From positions 18,934,044 to 18,998,043 of the forward strand of contig JARFYF010000050.1 in assembly GCA_030265395.1 (NCBI GenBank): 64,000 bases of DNA, in the 5' to 3' direction. This stretch comes from Rhina ancylostomus (taxonomy: Eukaryota). The notes under the pieces were generated by a model. That model was given only the letters and a program-made list of their open reading frames with translations, was not told where the DNA came from and made no database searches. Positions within the stretch are counted from its first letter, which is position 1, and each line of letters starts with the position of its first letter. Below are positions 1-12,749 of this stretch, one piece after another. Made by a program: the position numbers and the translations under genes.

Positions 1-360
1 TGCTAGTGAGGATACAAAAATCTTCATCAAGAGCCCAGCAATCTCCTCTCTTGCCACTTTCAATAACCTGGGATATATCCCATCAGGCCCTGTGGGCATT
101 CACCCAGCACCACCTCCTTCCTGATCTCAAAATGCACTGGCATATTAGCATGCCCCACACTGCTGTCACTATCCTCCATGTCCTTCTCCTTGGTAAATAC
201 TGACGCAAAAGTACTCACTTAATACCTTGCCTACATCCTCTGACTGCAAGCATAGTAAACTCCCTCCTTTATGCTTGAATGGTCCTACCCTCTTCCTGGT
301 TATCCTTTTACTTTTAATGTAACTGTAAAATGATTTGGGATTCTCTTTAATCCTAACATC
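1..360 (-). mobile_element. CR1-type LINE ORF2 fragment (degenerate)
   Basis: Minus ORF 169..387 reads IKENPKSFYSYIKSKRITRKRVGPFKHKGG...SEYF, typical of the CR1 ORF2 region between endonuclease and RT. Confidence 0.7.
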
Positions 361-1074
361 TGCAGTCTCTAATGATGCAAGTGTCACTATTGTGGATAAC
401 GGAAGTGTTCTGCGTAGTGATTACCCAAGCTGTGTTTTGAGATGTGGAAGAGACTGGGCAGTACTGTCAATTGGAAGAAGTGCAAGTGCATCAAGGAGTA
501 TTTGGTAGGGAAGAGGTAAGAGAGCTAGTGTTACATCTCCTGCGTTTGCTTGAGAAGAGGGAAGGATATTGTTGGAGATGAAAGATTTGTCTGGTGGTCT
601 TATTGCCTGGAAAAAGATCAGAGAGCACTAACATTGAGTGCCATGATGGTCCTGACGACCATTCGAGGTTCTATACAGGAGATTGAAAAGCTTATAACTA
701 TTGCTCAGTTGTAAATCTCAAGACCCAAATTAAGTTCTTGTAAAACTTATTTATCCTAGGACAAAGAGGAGTTGGGGGGAGGGGCGCTGAAATTCCCAAA
801 GTTAGGCATAGCGGCAGATATTGAGAGTTTACTTTGGAGTCACTGTTTATATTTCTGTCATTCCTTTCCTGTCTCTGTAGTCTTAGGCAAGTTAAGTCCT
901 AAGTATTCTCTTATCTGTTCAGACTTTTTACTATGTTGACATACTATGTAAGCATCCGTTGTTCTTAGGTTGGGCCAGTTTATCACACTTACTGAAGTAC
1001 TTTATTTTCTTCTTATCATATGCCCTATATTCGTTTTTCCCAGATTCCGATTCCAATTCCAATTTCAGTGCAAG

Positions 1075-1200
1075 GATATTGGTATTCATACATAACATTG
1101 TAAGGCAGTAACGAGGTGGTCATCAGGACCTAGCGGAGCTGTCTCGGAAGACAACGGCTGACGTATAGACACCAACCTAAATAAGAGCAGAGCATCGCAG
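1075..1200 (+). promoter_or_regulatory. Candidate core promoter of SLC16A3
   Basis: Start of a CpG-retaining zone. Inverted CCAAT (ATTGG at about 1078), CRE-like TGACGTA (1159-1165) and TATA-like TAAATAAG (1178-1185) sit in canonical order just upstream of a strong donor at 1244/1245. Assignment to SLC16A3 is inferred. Confidence 0.45.
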
Positions 1201-1204
1201 GACT

Positions 1205-1244
1205 GTGTTCATTACGTCGTGGAGATATAAGGAATTCCAACGAG
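1205..1244 (+). other. SLC16A3: Candidate non-coding first exon of SLC16A3 (start approximate)
   Basis: Donor GAG|GTAAGG at 1244/1245, about 60 nt after the TATA-like box. The first coding exon (23237) has its own acceptor, so an upstream UTR exon is required. Confidence 0.4.
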
Positions 1245-1314
1245 GTAAGGACCTACAATCTTGTAACTTGTATGGCGAAGTTATGAAAACCTACATATAA
1301 TTTTAAGTGGCATG

Positions 1315-1943
1315 ACGTGGGAGATATATTGAATATGATTATTTTTGCAATTTTATTCAGAATACGAAATTGTTCTTTTTAAGTGTATTTGCCCAAGGGA
1401 GACCGAATGTGTACATTTGTTGAGATGCTGAATGTTAGTCTATTCTCAGTATTTCGTCGAAGATAATTTGCTTGGAACAGCATTATGTTCACTTATGACA
1501 GAAAATTAGGTAACGCTGCCCAGATGTATGGTTCAAGCGTCAATTTAAGGTTAGATGTGAGTTCAGGAAATTAAAAATAGCCGATGGAATATTTGTTAAT
1601 GATTATATGCGGAGGGTATTTTTTTTTAAAAATTCTAAAATGTATTGTTACTAAGGGTGATGATAAAGCGTGTAACGTGCATCCGAACAAATGGCGATGG
1701 GTTGCTGGAGGCAAAATGTTAATGAAAGCCCCACACGTTTACAACAGTCTACCAACAGTTAGGGCGAAAAGTCTAAGTGTTTATTGGGGAGGCCTGATAA
1801 TGAAAATATACAGAAGATAGCACGAAGAAGCAATTTCACGAACGGTCCATTTCCTTAATTTCATCATTCGCCACGCGGTATTACACATACCCTGCCTTTT
1901 GGACTTCCCCGCTTCGAACCGTGATGCCTTTCTCCACAAACTC

Positions 1944-1976
<33 letters not shown>

Positions 1977-3198
1977 GCACGTATTTTTCCCTTGCAAAGA
2001 TGCACTGAAAATCCATAAGTAGAACCAATCTGAATAAATATCATCGTATTGATGGCAGTAGCCCGGAGTACTTTAAAGGATTTCGAATTAAAAGGATTTC
2101 AAATTAAATTCGTCAACTGCTTGACCTTCATTTAAATATCCGATCCATTCTATTACGGAGAGTGCACTGGCTTGAGATTCCTTAGAGGCATCTGTTATCC
2201 AACTTATACTAAATATGAACTGTATCCTAGAGTGTATAGATGATAGATCGAATAAAATGTTAACCTATCAAGTTTTGTTGTCCCAAAGACAATGCTTGTA
2301 TGTTAAATCCCCGGCCCGTCTGGCAATTGGGTTAAATAACTCTGTAATCAACTTCAACTTCCCAACGTTAATTGTTCTGGACAGATTCGGCGCATGTGTG
2401 TTGGAGCTGGACCACCACGTTGTTAGGCTTTGTTTTATGAATTTTAAAATATTCCAGGTTGGCTTCCTTGCTGACTTTTCAGGGTTGCGTGTGATTAAAT
2501 GTTGTTAATAAACACCCCCCCCGGGACTACCTTCTAACCAGTCTCATCAGGCATCGGTTTTGGTCCTTGACCACACTTCTCTCGTCCAGTAATCCTCATT
2601 GTGTTGCGTCCTGGGTGCTCCCACACTCTTGGGTCACGTCCCTCACGTTCTCCTGCAGTGGCATGATGCTTCGTTACACCTACTTCCTCTTCCAGTCGCT
2701 CTCTGGCACCTGATCACCGGGGTCCGGGACAGCGTTCCACAGGCTCCAGCACCGAGTATTTTTAGAGATGCCCAACTAAAACCAATAATTATACCTTTTT
2801 GTTATTAGTCTGTTGATCTCGGACATACCTGGGAAAACGGGTTGGGGAGTTTTTTTTCGGGGGGGGATGGTTTGCCGAGCAGCTGAGTAAAATATTTCCT
2901 AAAGCTGCTTCATTCTCGCACCCGAGATAATTTGACTGGTCTGACTATTCGTGCTGAAGTGCTGTGTTAATATGCGAACAAAAGGAGCTCTATATTTAAG
3001 TTACACCAGTATAACTTGTTGATCAAACCTAAAGAAAATAGGATTTGTAACAATAAGGCGACATTTGCATCATGAGGTCTAATTGGCTGAAGGATTTTCA
3101 CAATGTAAGACAGACAGTCCCCGTGGTTACGCTGTAAAAACAGTCTCTGCTGTTTAGTTGCGGATTGGCTTGATACTCTCGCAATCATGGAGTACGTG
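1315..3198. promoter_or_regulatory. CpG-rich region with a cluster of RCGTG (HRE core) motifs
   Basis: RCGTG or its complement at 1315, 1668, 1675, 1734, 1872, 1978, 2416, 2487, 2635, 2644 and 3194; TACGTGC on - at 1977-1983. Confidence 0.45.
1941..1976. repeat. (CTCG)n/(CT)n compound microsatellite
   Basis: ctctcgctcgctcgctctctctctctctctctctct read directly. Confidence 0.9.
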
Positions 3199-4619
3199 TG
3201 TACTGACTTGTCAGGTTGAAGGATAGTTTGGGTAAATTGCATTCTTGACTCTCTCTCACTACAGGAATTTTACTCCTTTGCTCCAGTTCAATGTACTTGA
3301 CAAAAATACAAAACTGGATGCATATTGTACTGGCCAGGTCGCAGTTTAATGCTAAGTATATCTGTTGCAGTTTATTCATAATCTTCTGTGAACCAGTGTA
3401 GTTGGTCAATATGATCCTTTCAAAATGAGACATTTAAGTGCTAAGCTGATGCAGTTTTATTCCCCAAAATAAGCTTTTTAATTGCTAGTCATGAGTAATC
3501 TGATTTCAAGATACTGAATTGAAACATTGTCCTAGAATGGGCAGATTTATCATAAACACATCATGCTTGTTATTTCAGTCTGATCTTGGCAGTCATGTGG
3601 GAGGGGGCTGTGTTAGGCAAATTATTTTTTTTCAAGCTAGATTGGGGAAACTTTATTTGCATATGATGTAAATCGTGCTTGAATTTCTGAGGTTCCTGCA
3701 CTGGTTCAGTGGTATCATCCAGGCTGCAGTGGTGAAACTAACACAATACTTGCTGAATTACTATACATCCTAATGTTGAAGAACAAGAAGCTTACAAATG
3801 CTAGCTTGAGTTAGATCTCTGCAAGCTTGGATGACCAAAATGTGCAGTGCCTTGGTGGAATAGGAACATAGCAAGGAAAAATGTCAGGGTTGCCATGAAG
3901 GATAAATGATGGCAAGTGCATTGGAGGAATTAGTTTTCTTCCATCTGAGGAATGCAAATAGAATTAAAAAGAAGAAATGCTGGGAATAGTCAATAGGGCA
4001 TGTTTCATCAGGTGGGGTGGGGGAGGAGAGAGATTCAAATCAAGGTTAAGTCTGCTTCCCTTGAGTACTTCCAATCTTTTCTGTATTCAGTGTCTGCAGT
4101 ATTCCCTTCATTGAGGGGAAAATGGGGTTCTGGTNNNNNNNNNNNNNNNNNNNNNNNNNNNNNNNNNNNNNNNNNNNNNNNNNNNNNNNNNNNNNNNNNN
4201 NNNNNNNNNNNNNNNNNNNNNNNNNNNNNNNNNNNNNNATGATCTAAATCTGAGTGCTATATCTTGGATAAGGCTGATAATTATTTTTAAATGATGTTTT
4301 ATCTCCTATAGAATATATCGTTTTTTTTTATCAAGGTGGGGAGATTTCTTAATGGTGTGCAGGAATGTTCCTTCCTGTTCTTCAGGAATGTAAAAATGTT
4401 TAAAGATTCACTATTCATTAGTATTTCCATAATATACTTGATTGGCAGAGTACACTCAAGGACCAGGTGTCATTTCTCCTATTCCTGTTATTGTGAACTG
4501 TCACTTGGCTCAGCAGTGCCATTGCTGGAAGGATATGTAAGTCTGATATTAAGCAGCCAATAGTGGTAGAAAAGTAAGCTGAACCTAATTTTATCATGTA
4601 ATACTTGTTAACTGGGGGG

Positions 4620-4795
4620 ATTAATTGGTCACTGTAAATTGCCCCTAGTGTAGGTGAGTAGTAGAATCTGGTGGGAGTTGATGACGATATGGGAGAATAA
4701 AAAGTATAGGATAAATGTGGGATCAGCATAAATGAATGGTTGGTGTAGACTTGGTGGGCTGAAGGGCCTGTTTCCATGCTGCATTTTTGACTCCA
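4620..4795 (+). mobile_element. HE1/V-SINE-like SINE, 3' part with CR1-type tail
   Basis: ttaattggtcactgtaaattgcccctagtgtagg...ggtgggctgaagggcctgtttccatgctg resembles elasmobranch SINE body plus tail (recognition from memory). Confidence 0.55.
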
Positions 4796-5844
4796 TGTCA
4801 CAGTGACTCAGGATTTTTAAAAACCAAGTGAGATTAAACTACAATTAACTGGATAATTAAAAGCGCAAAATATGAAACCATAATGGTATATGCATCTCAT
4901 AAACCAAGGAAAATGAAAAATTTTGCATGCTGCAGTCAAGATTGAGAGTGGAAAAATATATGGCATTCTATGCATCATCATTTTGCATTGCTCTACAATT
5001 TGTAAATAAAATTTGCTTAATCTTTCATTTATGTCTTCATCTCCCTGACCTGGTTCCATCTATTTCCTCTGATGTATAAACAAAAACTTATATGGTTATA
5101 GAATTAACAGTTGTAGCTTGTTTATTGATTGACTCAGGAATATAGCATTGTTTTTGAATGAATTGGGTAATATATTTGAGCAAGCATTATAGATTGTTAC
5201 TATAGTGATGCTTAGTTTTGGAAGTAGAACAGAAGTTGGTAAACTGTCAAATTAATATAATACATACTGACCAGAGATTTTCCAAATGATTTTAAACCAA
5301 GTAACTTGTGGTTTACAACTCTTAATTTTTGTTCTAGTTTGCATTTTGTGATATTCACTCTTGCCTCTAGAACATCTATATGGGATGCATTTGGCAATCT
5401 GGTAAAATTGTTCAAAATTGCTCGATCTGAATGGAGTTGGAGGAAGTTAACGATATTATTTGAATAGGACCCTCTTCTAGTATCCTCTTCAAAAATTCAT
5501 TTGAAACATGTTGCATTTAAAATTCAAACACACTGTGTTATGTTGTTAATGGGTCAATTACTGTTAAAGGAGGAAAGGCATGCAAAAGAACTGTGGTCAC
5601 AGACTTTGTGTACCATATTAAATGGGTTACTTTCCAGCTTTGGCTCCATTTTAGTGAGGGTGGCACTTCTCACTATGGATACGTATTGTTAGTTTAATCA
5701 ATGTTAATGGATAGTCAAATCAACGTCGAAAGATTAAGTGCCAAATCTCTAATTGGGTGTTTCTAGGAAGAAACAATGTTGTAGAGAGCACAAATTAGGG
5801 AAATTACTGGCCCACAGACCTTAGTTTTGTGAAAACCAAATGAA

Positions 5845-7200
5845 TGGCAGATGCTAAAAGACACTCAGTGGGTCTGGTAGCATTTGTGGAAAGAAAAACA
5901 GTTAATGTTTCAGGACTTTTTGGGGGTAGGGGGAGGAGAGTTAGTTTTAAGTTGCAGAGAGAATGAGGGATGATTGGACAAAAGAAGTATCTCTGATTAG
6001 GACTGTGAGAGAGCACAAGCTATGAAGTGAAGGCAGTTGGAGAGTGAGAACACAAATGAAGGAATATGGGAGTTGTGAAAAGCAGGATGTACTTGGCAGG
6101 TAAGGCTGTGTCAATGGAGAGAGGAAAAACTGAGCCAATATCATTGATAGATGAAACCACAGCAATGGCCAGCTCTGATACATATTTAAAGAGTTGTACA
6201 ATCAATATGGAGCCTGGAACACTGCAATGTGCCCAGACAGATGAAGTGCAATTCTGCTGCCTCATTATAATACAGGAGCTCACAGATGGATCAGAGTGGT
6301 AATGAGATGGAGAATTAAAATGGCAGGCAATGGGAAGCTTAAGTAGCCTTTGCAGACTGAATGTAGGTGCTTTGCAAAGCTGATAATTGACCAATATGCA
6401 GTTGCTAACCCTAATTTAGAGGGGAATCATATTGTGAGCACCAAATGCAGTTCACTGGATTGGATGAAATGTATGTGAATTGCTGCTTTACCTGGAAGAA
6501 CTGTATGGGTCCCTGAATTGTGAGAAGGGAAGAAATAAAAAGACAAGTGTTGCATCTCCTTCTATGGGAAATGGAGTGATTCGTGGAGATGCATGAGGAC
6601 CAGGGAGTTCAAAGGGAATGATCCTTTTGGAAATGCTGGTTTTGTTTTTGTTTGGTGGGGAGGGGGAAGAGAAATGTGGGTGGAAGGTGGCAAAAGTTGC
6701 AAAGGATCCATTGAATGTGAAGGCTGGTGGGAGGTGAGGACTAGGTGAATTGTTCTTGCTCTGCTTGTACAGAGGAGGTGAGAGCAGAGGTGTAGGAAAT
6801 GGATAAGGGCTGTGCCAATTATAATAGAGGGGAAGCTATCATGATTGGCCCAGCAAGAGGCATCTGTATGGAAAGTCTCAATCAAAGCAAATATGACTGA
6901 GACAGAAGGAATAGTGAAAATGGTCTGGTGATGAGACAGGGCAGTAGGAAGTATCATTGAGATAGATATGTAGTTTGGAATGGATCTTTGTCACAAACCT
7001 ATGCCCTAGATAGTAACAGAAATCTAGGAAGTGAAGAGCAGATGAATCGTATTAAGGTGAGCGCAGGGTAGAAAATAGCAGCAAAAGTAACTTTCAAATC
7101 TGTAAAGTGCAGGAGGCAGCACCAATACATTGATCAATGTAGCAAGAAAGTGTTCTTGGAGGCCACTCGAGCAGGACTGAAGCAAATAGTATCCCATCAT
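5845..7200 (-). mobile_element. Penelope-like retroelement remnant (RT C-terminus, GIY-YIG domain, terminal repeat)
   Basis: Minus strand has a decayed RT motif YID(Q)CIGAASC near 7110-7145, LPIACHFNSPSHYHSD in ORF 6020..6394, and the common tail (tttccacaaatgct...ctgagtg) near 5850-5915. Confidence 0.7.
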
Positions 7201-8789
7201 TTCAGGTGCCTCTTTCTGTCTGTCTCAGAATTGGATAGTCCATCTGTGAAGACACAAGACTGCAGGTGCTGGAACTGGATGCCTTACTGAGTTCCATCAC
7301 TATACAAGATCATCTGAGGAACGTATTCAAAGATATTCTGAAACATTCTTAATAGTGTAACATTCCCTTGTAGGAACCCTTGGTCCATGTCCATTTAAAA
7401 TGGAGCAGGACCATTTGGGGTGGTATTGAAAGACTCTCATTCATTGCTAGGAGTACACAGAAACTCAAAATGGTAGAAGGAAAACCATCTCCCAAGATGC
7501 CCACCTGCTCAGCCCATCAGAGCATCCCATGCTCTGCCCCACCAGAGCAATGTCTGCAGATCCCACATTAGCCTCATCAGCCACCTATCCACCTACAGAA
7601 GTGGAATGGAAATGAGCCGGCCTCAACCCTGAGGGGCTTCCTATTCAAAATAATTTTTTTTTCTTTTGGGTTAATGGACAAAACAAATTGGCGAAGGTAA
7701 CTTTGAAGAAGAGTCCATAAGAGTGTATTTCATAGTTTCTTAGAACAAAATTCTGAAATCAGTGAGGCATTTTAGATCTGATCACGTGAAATGAGGTGGG
7801 ATTAATTGATTTCCTGGGAAAGGATTCTCTGTGGAAGCATGATTATAGAATTCTATATTCAGTTCGAGATTGGGAAAACTTAAGTCTGAACGTTCTCTTA
7901 AATGAAGCCACAGTTGGTTAAGATGAATTGGGGAGGGGNNNNNNNNNNNNNNNNNNNNNNNNNNNNNNNNNNNNNNNNNNNNNNNNNNNNNNNNNNNNNN
8001 NNNNNNNNNNNNNNNNNNNNNNNNNNNNNNNNNNNNNNATTGGGCAACTGCCAATGTGTTTCTGGTGAGAATTCATGGAAAATATCATCCTAAGTACAGT
8101 TAACTTCACAAGGTTTCAAAGATGAGTCTCTCTGGTGTAGCACAGCATTTAGGGAACCTTGGTGTCCCAGCGAGCAGCTTCCTGATTTCAGTGTTTGAGT
8201 GCATGGTTCCTAAAAGTTGCTGTCCTCTTTACACTTCAATAGTGGGGTACTGTGTTAGTTTACAGCAAAATATACTGTAGGTCTTTTGTTGGAGGGAGGA
8301 GAAAGAAAATCACTTTCCAGTGGTTTACATTTACTCAGATGCAGGGAAACCTACAAAGGAAAAAGCTACCGATCAATGAATGTCACCAAAGCAATCAAAT
8401 TGCTGATGTGTTTTTCTGATTTTTGGAGCAGCGAGATCAGTTTATTGTCCAGCCAATCAAAAAAAAACTGACAACCACCAAAGTTGATGATAGAATCCTC
8501 TTGTTTGAAGGGAGTCAGTAGATCCACATAATTATCTGCAGCAGACTGCTTTGAAAAGATGGATTTTTCCTTGGGGTCTCAGTGACCAGATTCACATCAG
8601 TTATTTTTAGTGGAATCTGGAGCAACATTCACTGAGAGAGAATACGTTTACAAGTAATAATGCATATGATGAGAGATGAAAAATATGCAGAGTATGCATT
8701 GTATTCCTTTGGGTTTCTTACATTGAAGTATTGTGTTTTTCTCCTTGGAAAATTAATTTTTAAAAGATCCTATCTTACATTTGATAGGA

Positions 8790-11700
8790 AAGTGGACCAG
8801 TGTAGGAGTGGGGATCTGAGGCTTTGGCTCAAGAGGCTTCATCAAGGAGGCGTAGGTGAGTAGCAGGTAAGAACAAGTAAGTTTTTTATAGTAGTTAAAT
8901 AGAAAGACATCAATTTACAACTAATTAAATAAAGTAGGGATGCATAATCAGGTGATGTGTTGTCGCTGCATGATGTGGGAGCTGGTGGACCCTATTGTGG
9001 TTCCTGGTGACCACATCTGCAGCAAGTGTCGGGTGGTCGAGGAACTCGGGCTCAAAGCTGATGGCCTGGAATCTGAACTTAAAACACTACGTCACATCAG
9101 GGAGGGGGAGAGTTACCTGGACGCTATGTTTCAGGAGGCAGTCACACTCATTAGATTAACTACTTCAAATTCGGTCTGTGGTCAGAGACAAGGGAGTGTG
9201 ACTGTGAGCGAGGCAGGTAGCGGGATCCAAGAGGTAGTGCTGGAGGAGCCTCAGCCCTTGAGCCTGTCCAACAGGTCTGAGATTCTTGCTCCTTGGGTGG
9301 ATGAGTGTGAGGGCTGTAGGAAGGACGGGCAATCGAATCATGGCACTGTGGTTCAGGGAGCCATTCAAGAGGGGGCAGAGAAGAGAGATGTAGTTGTAAT
9401 TGGAGATAGCATAGTCAGTGGAATAGACACAATTCTCTGTCGCAAGGATCGGGAGACCCAAAGGTTGTGTTGTCTGCCTGGTGCCTGGGTTCAGGACATC
9501 TCATCTGACCTGCAGAGGAATTTGGAACGGGAGGGGAAAGTTCCAGTTGTCATGGTCCATGTGGGTACCAATGATGTAGGTAGAACAAGGAAAGAGGCTC
9601 TGCTGAGGGTATTTGAACAGCTAGTGACTAAATTTTAAAAACAGAATGGAAAAAAAAGTAATAATCTCTGGATTGCTACCTGAGCCACATGCAAATTGGC
9701 ACAGGGTCAATAAGATCAAAGAGTTAAATGCATAGCTTAATGATTGGTGTGGGAGAAATGGGTTTGAATTCCTGGGACACTGACACCAGTATTGGGGAAG
9801 GAGGGAGCTACCCCAATGGGATGGGCTCCACCTGAACCATGCTGGGAACAGGGCCCTGGCAAATTGCATAACTCTGGCTTTAAACTAAATAGTAGGGGCG
9901 TAGGTCCAAAAGATTAGAAATATATGGATAAAGTAGAAGGGAAGGAGAGTGCAGGAGAGGTTACTGAAGTCTCTAGAATAAAGAATAAGACAAAGTTTAG
10001 AAAGGGATAAGAATTTACCTTCAGGCAACATGGAGACAAATTTGAGAAGTGTGGTGAATACAGGACTAAAGTTGTTATTTGAATGCATGCAGTTATGAAA
10101 TGAGGCAGATGAGCTTGTACTGCAGTTAGAAATTGGCAGGTATGACACTGTGGGCATCAGTCATTGTTGACAGAAGATCACAGCTGGGAGTTAAAAATCC
10201 AAGTTTACACATCCTATCGAAAAGACAGGCAGAGGGCTGGGGTGGCACATTGGTTAAATAAAATCAAAACCTTAAACGTGACATTGGATCAGAAGATGTA
10301 GAATCCTTGTAGGTAAAGAAACTGCAAGGGTAGAAACTCCCTGTTGAGTGTGGTATACAGGCCTCCGAATAATAGCCAGGATGTGGGGTACAAATTACAA
10401 CAGGAGATAGAAAAGGCATGTTAAAAGGGCAATGTTATGGCAATTATGGGAGATTTCAATACACAGGTGGGTTTGAAAAATCAAGTTGGTAGTGGATTCC
10501 AAGAAAATTGAAGAATGCCTATAAAATGGCTTTCTTGAGCAGCTTGTGGTTGAACCCACTCGGGGAAAAGGCAATTCTAGATTTGGTGTTGTGCAATGAA
10601 CCAGGTTTGATTAGGGAGCTTAAGGTAAAGAAATCCTTAGGAGGTAGTGATCACAATATGATAGAATTCACCCTGCAGTTTGAGAGGGAGAAGCTAAAAT
10701 TGGATGTATTGGTATTACAGTTGAATAAAGGTAACCACAGAGGCATGAGAGAGGAGCTGGCCAAAGTTGATCAGAAGGACACTGTAGCAGGGATGAGCAG
10801 CAATGGTAAGAGTTTCTGGGAGTAACTCAAAAGACACAGGATCAGTTCATCCCAAAGAAGAAGCATTCTAAAGGGGGAGGATGAGGCAACTGTGGCCAAC
10901 AAGGGAAGTTGGACAGCATGGCAGCAAGAGGGCATACAACATTGCAAAAATTAGTAGGAAGTTAGAAGATTGGGAAGTTTTTAAAAACCAGCGGAAGGCA
11001 ACTAAAGCAATAAGGGAAGAAAAGATGAAATATGAAGGTAAGCTAGCCAATAATATAAGAGGATACCAAAAGTTTTTTCCCCAGATATAAAGAGGGACAA
11101 GAGTGGATATTGAACTGCTGGAAAATGACACTGGAGAGGTAATAATGGGGAACAAAGATGAACTAATTAAGTATTTTTGCATTGGTCTTCGCTGTGAAAC
11201 ACATCAGCAGCATGCCAGAGATTCAAGACAGTCAAGGGCAGAAGTGAGTGTAGTTCCTGTTCCTAAGGAGAAGGTCTGAAAGTAGGTAAGTCACCTGGAC
11301 TGGATGGACTACACCCCAGGGTTCTGAAAGAGCTACTTGAAGAGATTGTGGAGGCATTCGTAATGGTCTTTCAGAATCACTAGGCAGGAATGGTTCCAGA
11401 GGACTGAAAAATCACACATGTCACTCCACTCTTTAAGAAGGGTGGGAGGCAAATATCAGGAAATTATAGACCAAATAGTGTGACTTTAGTGGTTGGTAAG
11501 ATAATTGGGGTCCATTATTAAGGATGAGGTTTCAGGGTACTTGGAAGGACACGATAAAATTAGCTGAAGTCAGCATGGTTTCTTTGAGGGGAAATTTTGC
11601 GACTCAAATCTGTTGGAATTCTTTGAGGAAGTAATAGGCAGGATGGACAAAAAAGAATCTGTGGATGTTGTTTACTTGGCTTTTCAGAAGCCCTTTGACA

Positions 11701-12440
11701 AGGTGTTGCACATGAGGCTGCTAAACAAGATAAGAGCCCATGATATTACAGAAAAGGTACTAGCATGGATAAAAGATCAGCTAACTGGCAGAAGGCAAAG
11801 ACTTGGAATAAAGGGGGCCTTTTTTCATTGACTGCCGGTAACTAGTGGTGTTCCCCCGGGGTCAGTGTTGGGTCCACTACTTAATGATCTAGATGATGGG
11901 ATTGATGGCTTTGTGGCCAAGTTTGCAGCTGATACAAATATACTGGAGGGGTAGGTAGTGTTGAGGAAGCAGGGAGTCTGCAAAAGGACTTGGACACGGT
12001 GGGAGAATGGGCAAAGAAGTAGCAGATGGATTTCAGTGTAGGGGAATGTATGGTCGTGCACTTCGGTGGAAGAAATAAAGGCATGGACTATTTTCTAAAT
12101 GGACCAAATTCAGAATTCGGAGGTGCAAAGGGACTTGGGAGTTCTAGTGTGGGATTCCCTAAAGGTTAATTTGCAGGTTGAGTCAGTATTAAGGAAGGCA
12201 AATGCAATGTTTGCATTCATTTCAAGAGGACTGTAATATAAAAGCAAGAATGTTATTCTGAGGCTTTGAGGGGTTGATCAGACAACATCTGGAGTGTTGT
12301 GAGCAGTTTTTGGGCCCCATATCTAAGGAAGGACATGCTGGCATTGGAGGGGGTCCAGAGGAGGTTTTTCAAGAATGATTGCAGGAATGAAAAGGTTAAT
12401 GTATGAGCATTTGATCTCTCTAGGCCTGTCCTCACTGGAC
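8790..12440 (+). mobile_element. Near full-length, inactivated CR1 LINE (ORF1 plus APE-RT ORF2)
   Basis: ORF1 with CxxC motifs and an SGNH esterase. ORF2 has endonuclease motifs (VVYRPP, MGDFN, ILDLVLCN, LGGSDH) and RT motifs (SPGLDG, NYRP, VYLAFQKPFDKV, GVPPGSVLGP, KFAADT in place of FADD). Many stops and frameshifts. Confidence 0.92.
8940..9888 (+). pseudogene. CR1 ORF1 (zinc finger plus SGNH/GDSL esterase), frameshifted near 9638
   Basis: CCRC...HICSKC, VIGDSIV, CLPGA, HVGTNDV; continues in another frame as IISGLLP...WDGLHLN with internal stops. Confidence 0.85.
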
Positions 12441-12664
12441 TAAGCAGAAAACTATAGCCCAGTTAGCCTAATGTCTGTTATTGGGGAAAATTCTGGAATC
12501 CATTATTAAGGAAAAAGTAGCAGGCTAGAAAATCATAATAAATTCCACAAGAGTTGAGGCAGTGGCAGCAGATTTAACAAAGACATCAAATATATGGGCA
12601 ATAGAATTGGGGAGGGCAACCAGGAATAAATGTTCAGAGGTGCTCAACAGAATTGCAGAGTCTG

Positions 12665-12749
12665 ACCATGTCATGGAGATGGTACCATGTCATGGAGATG
12701 GTACCATGTCATGGAGATGGTACCATGTCATGGAGATGGTACCATGTCA
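12665..12749. repeat. 19-bp perfect minisatellite, about 4.5 copies
   Basis: ACCATGTCATGGAGATGGT x4 plus ACCATGTCA. Confidence 0.95.

Noticed and set aside
12665-12749. CRISPR-like palindromic repeats
   Set aside because: No unique spacers, head-to-tail tandem units, eukaryotic context.
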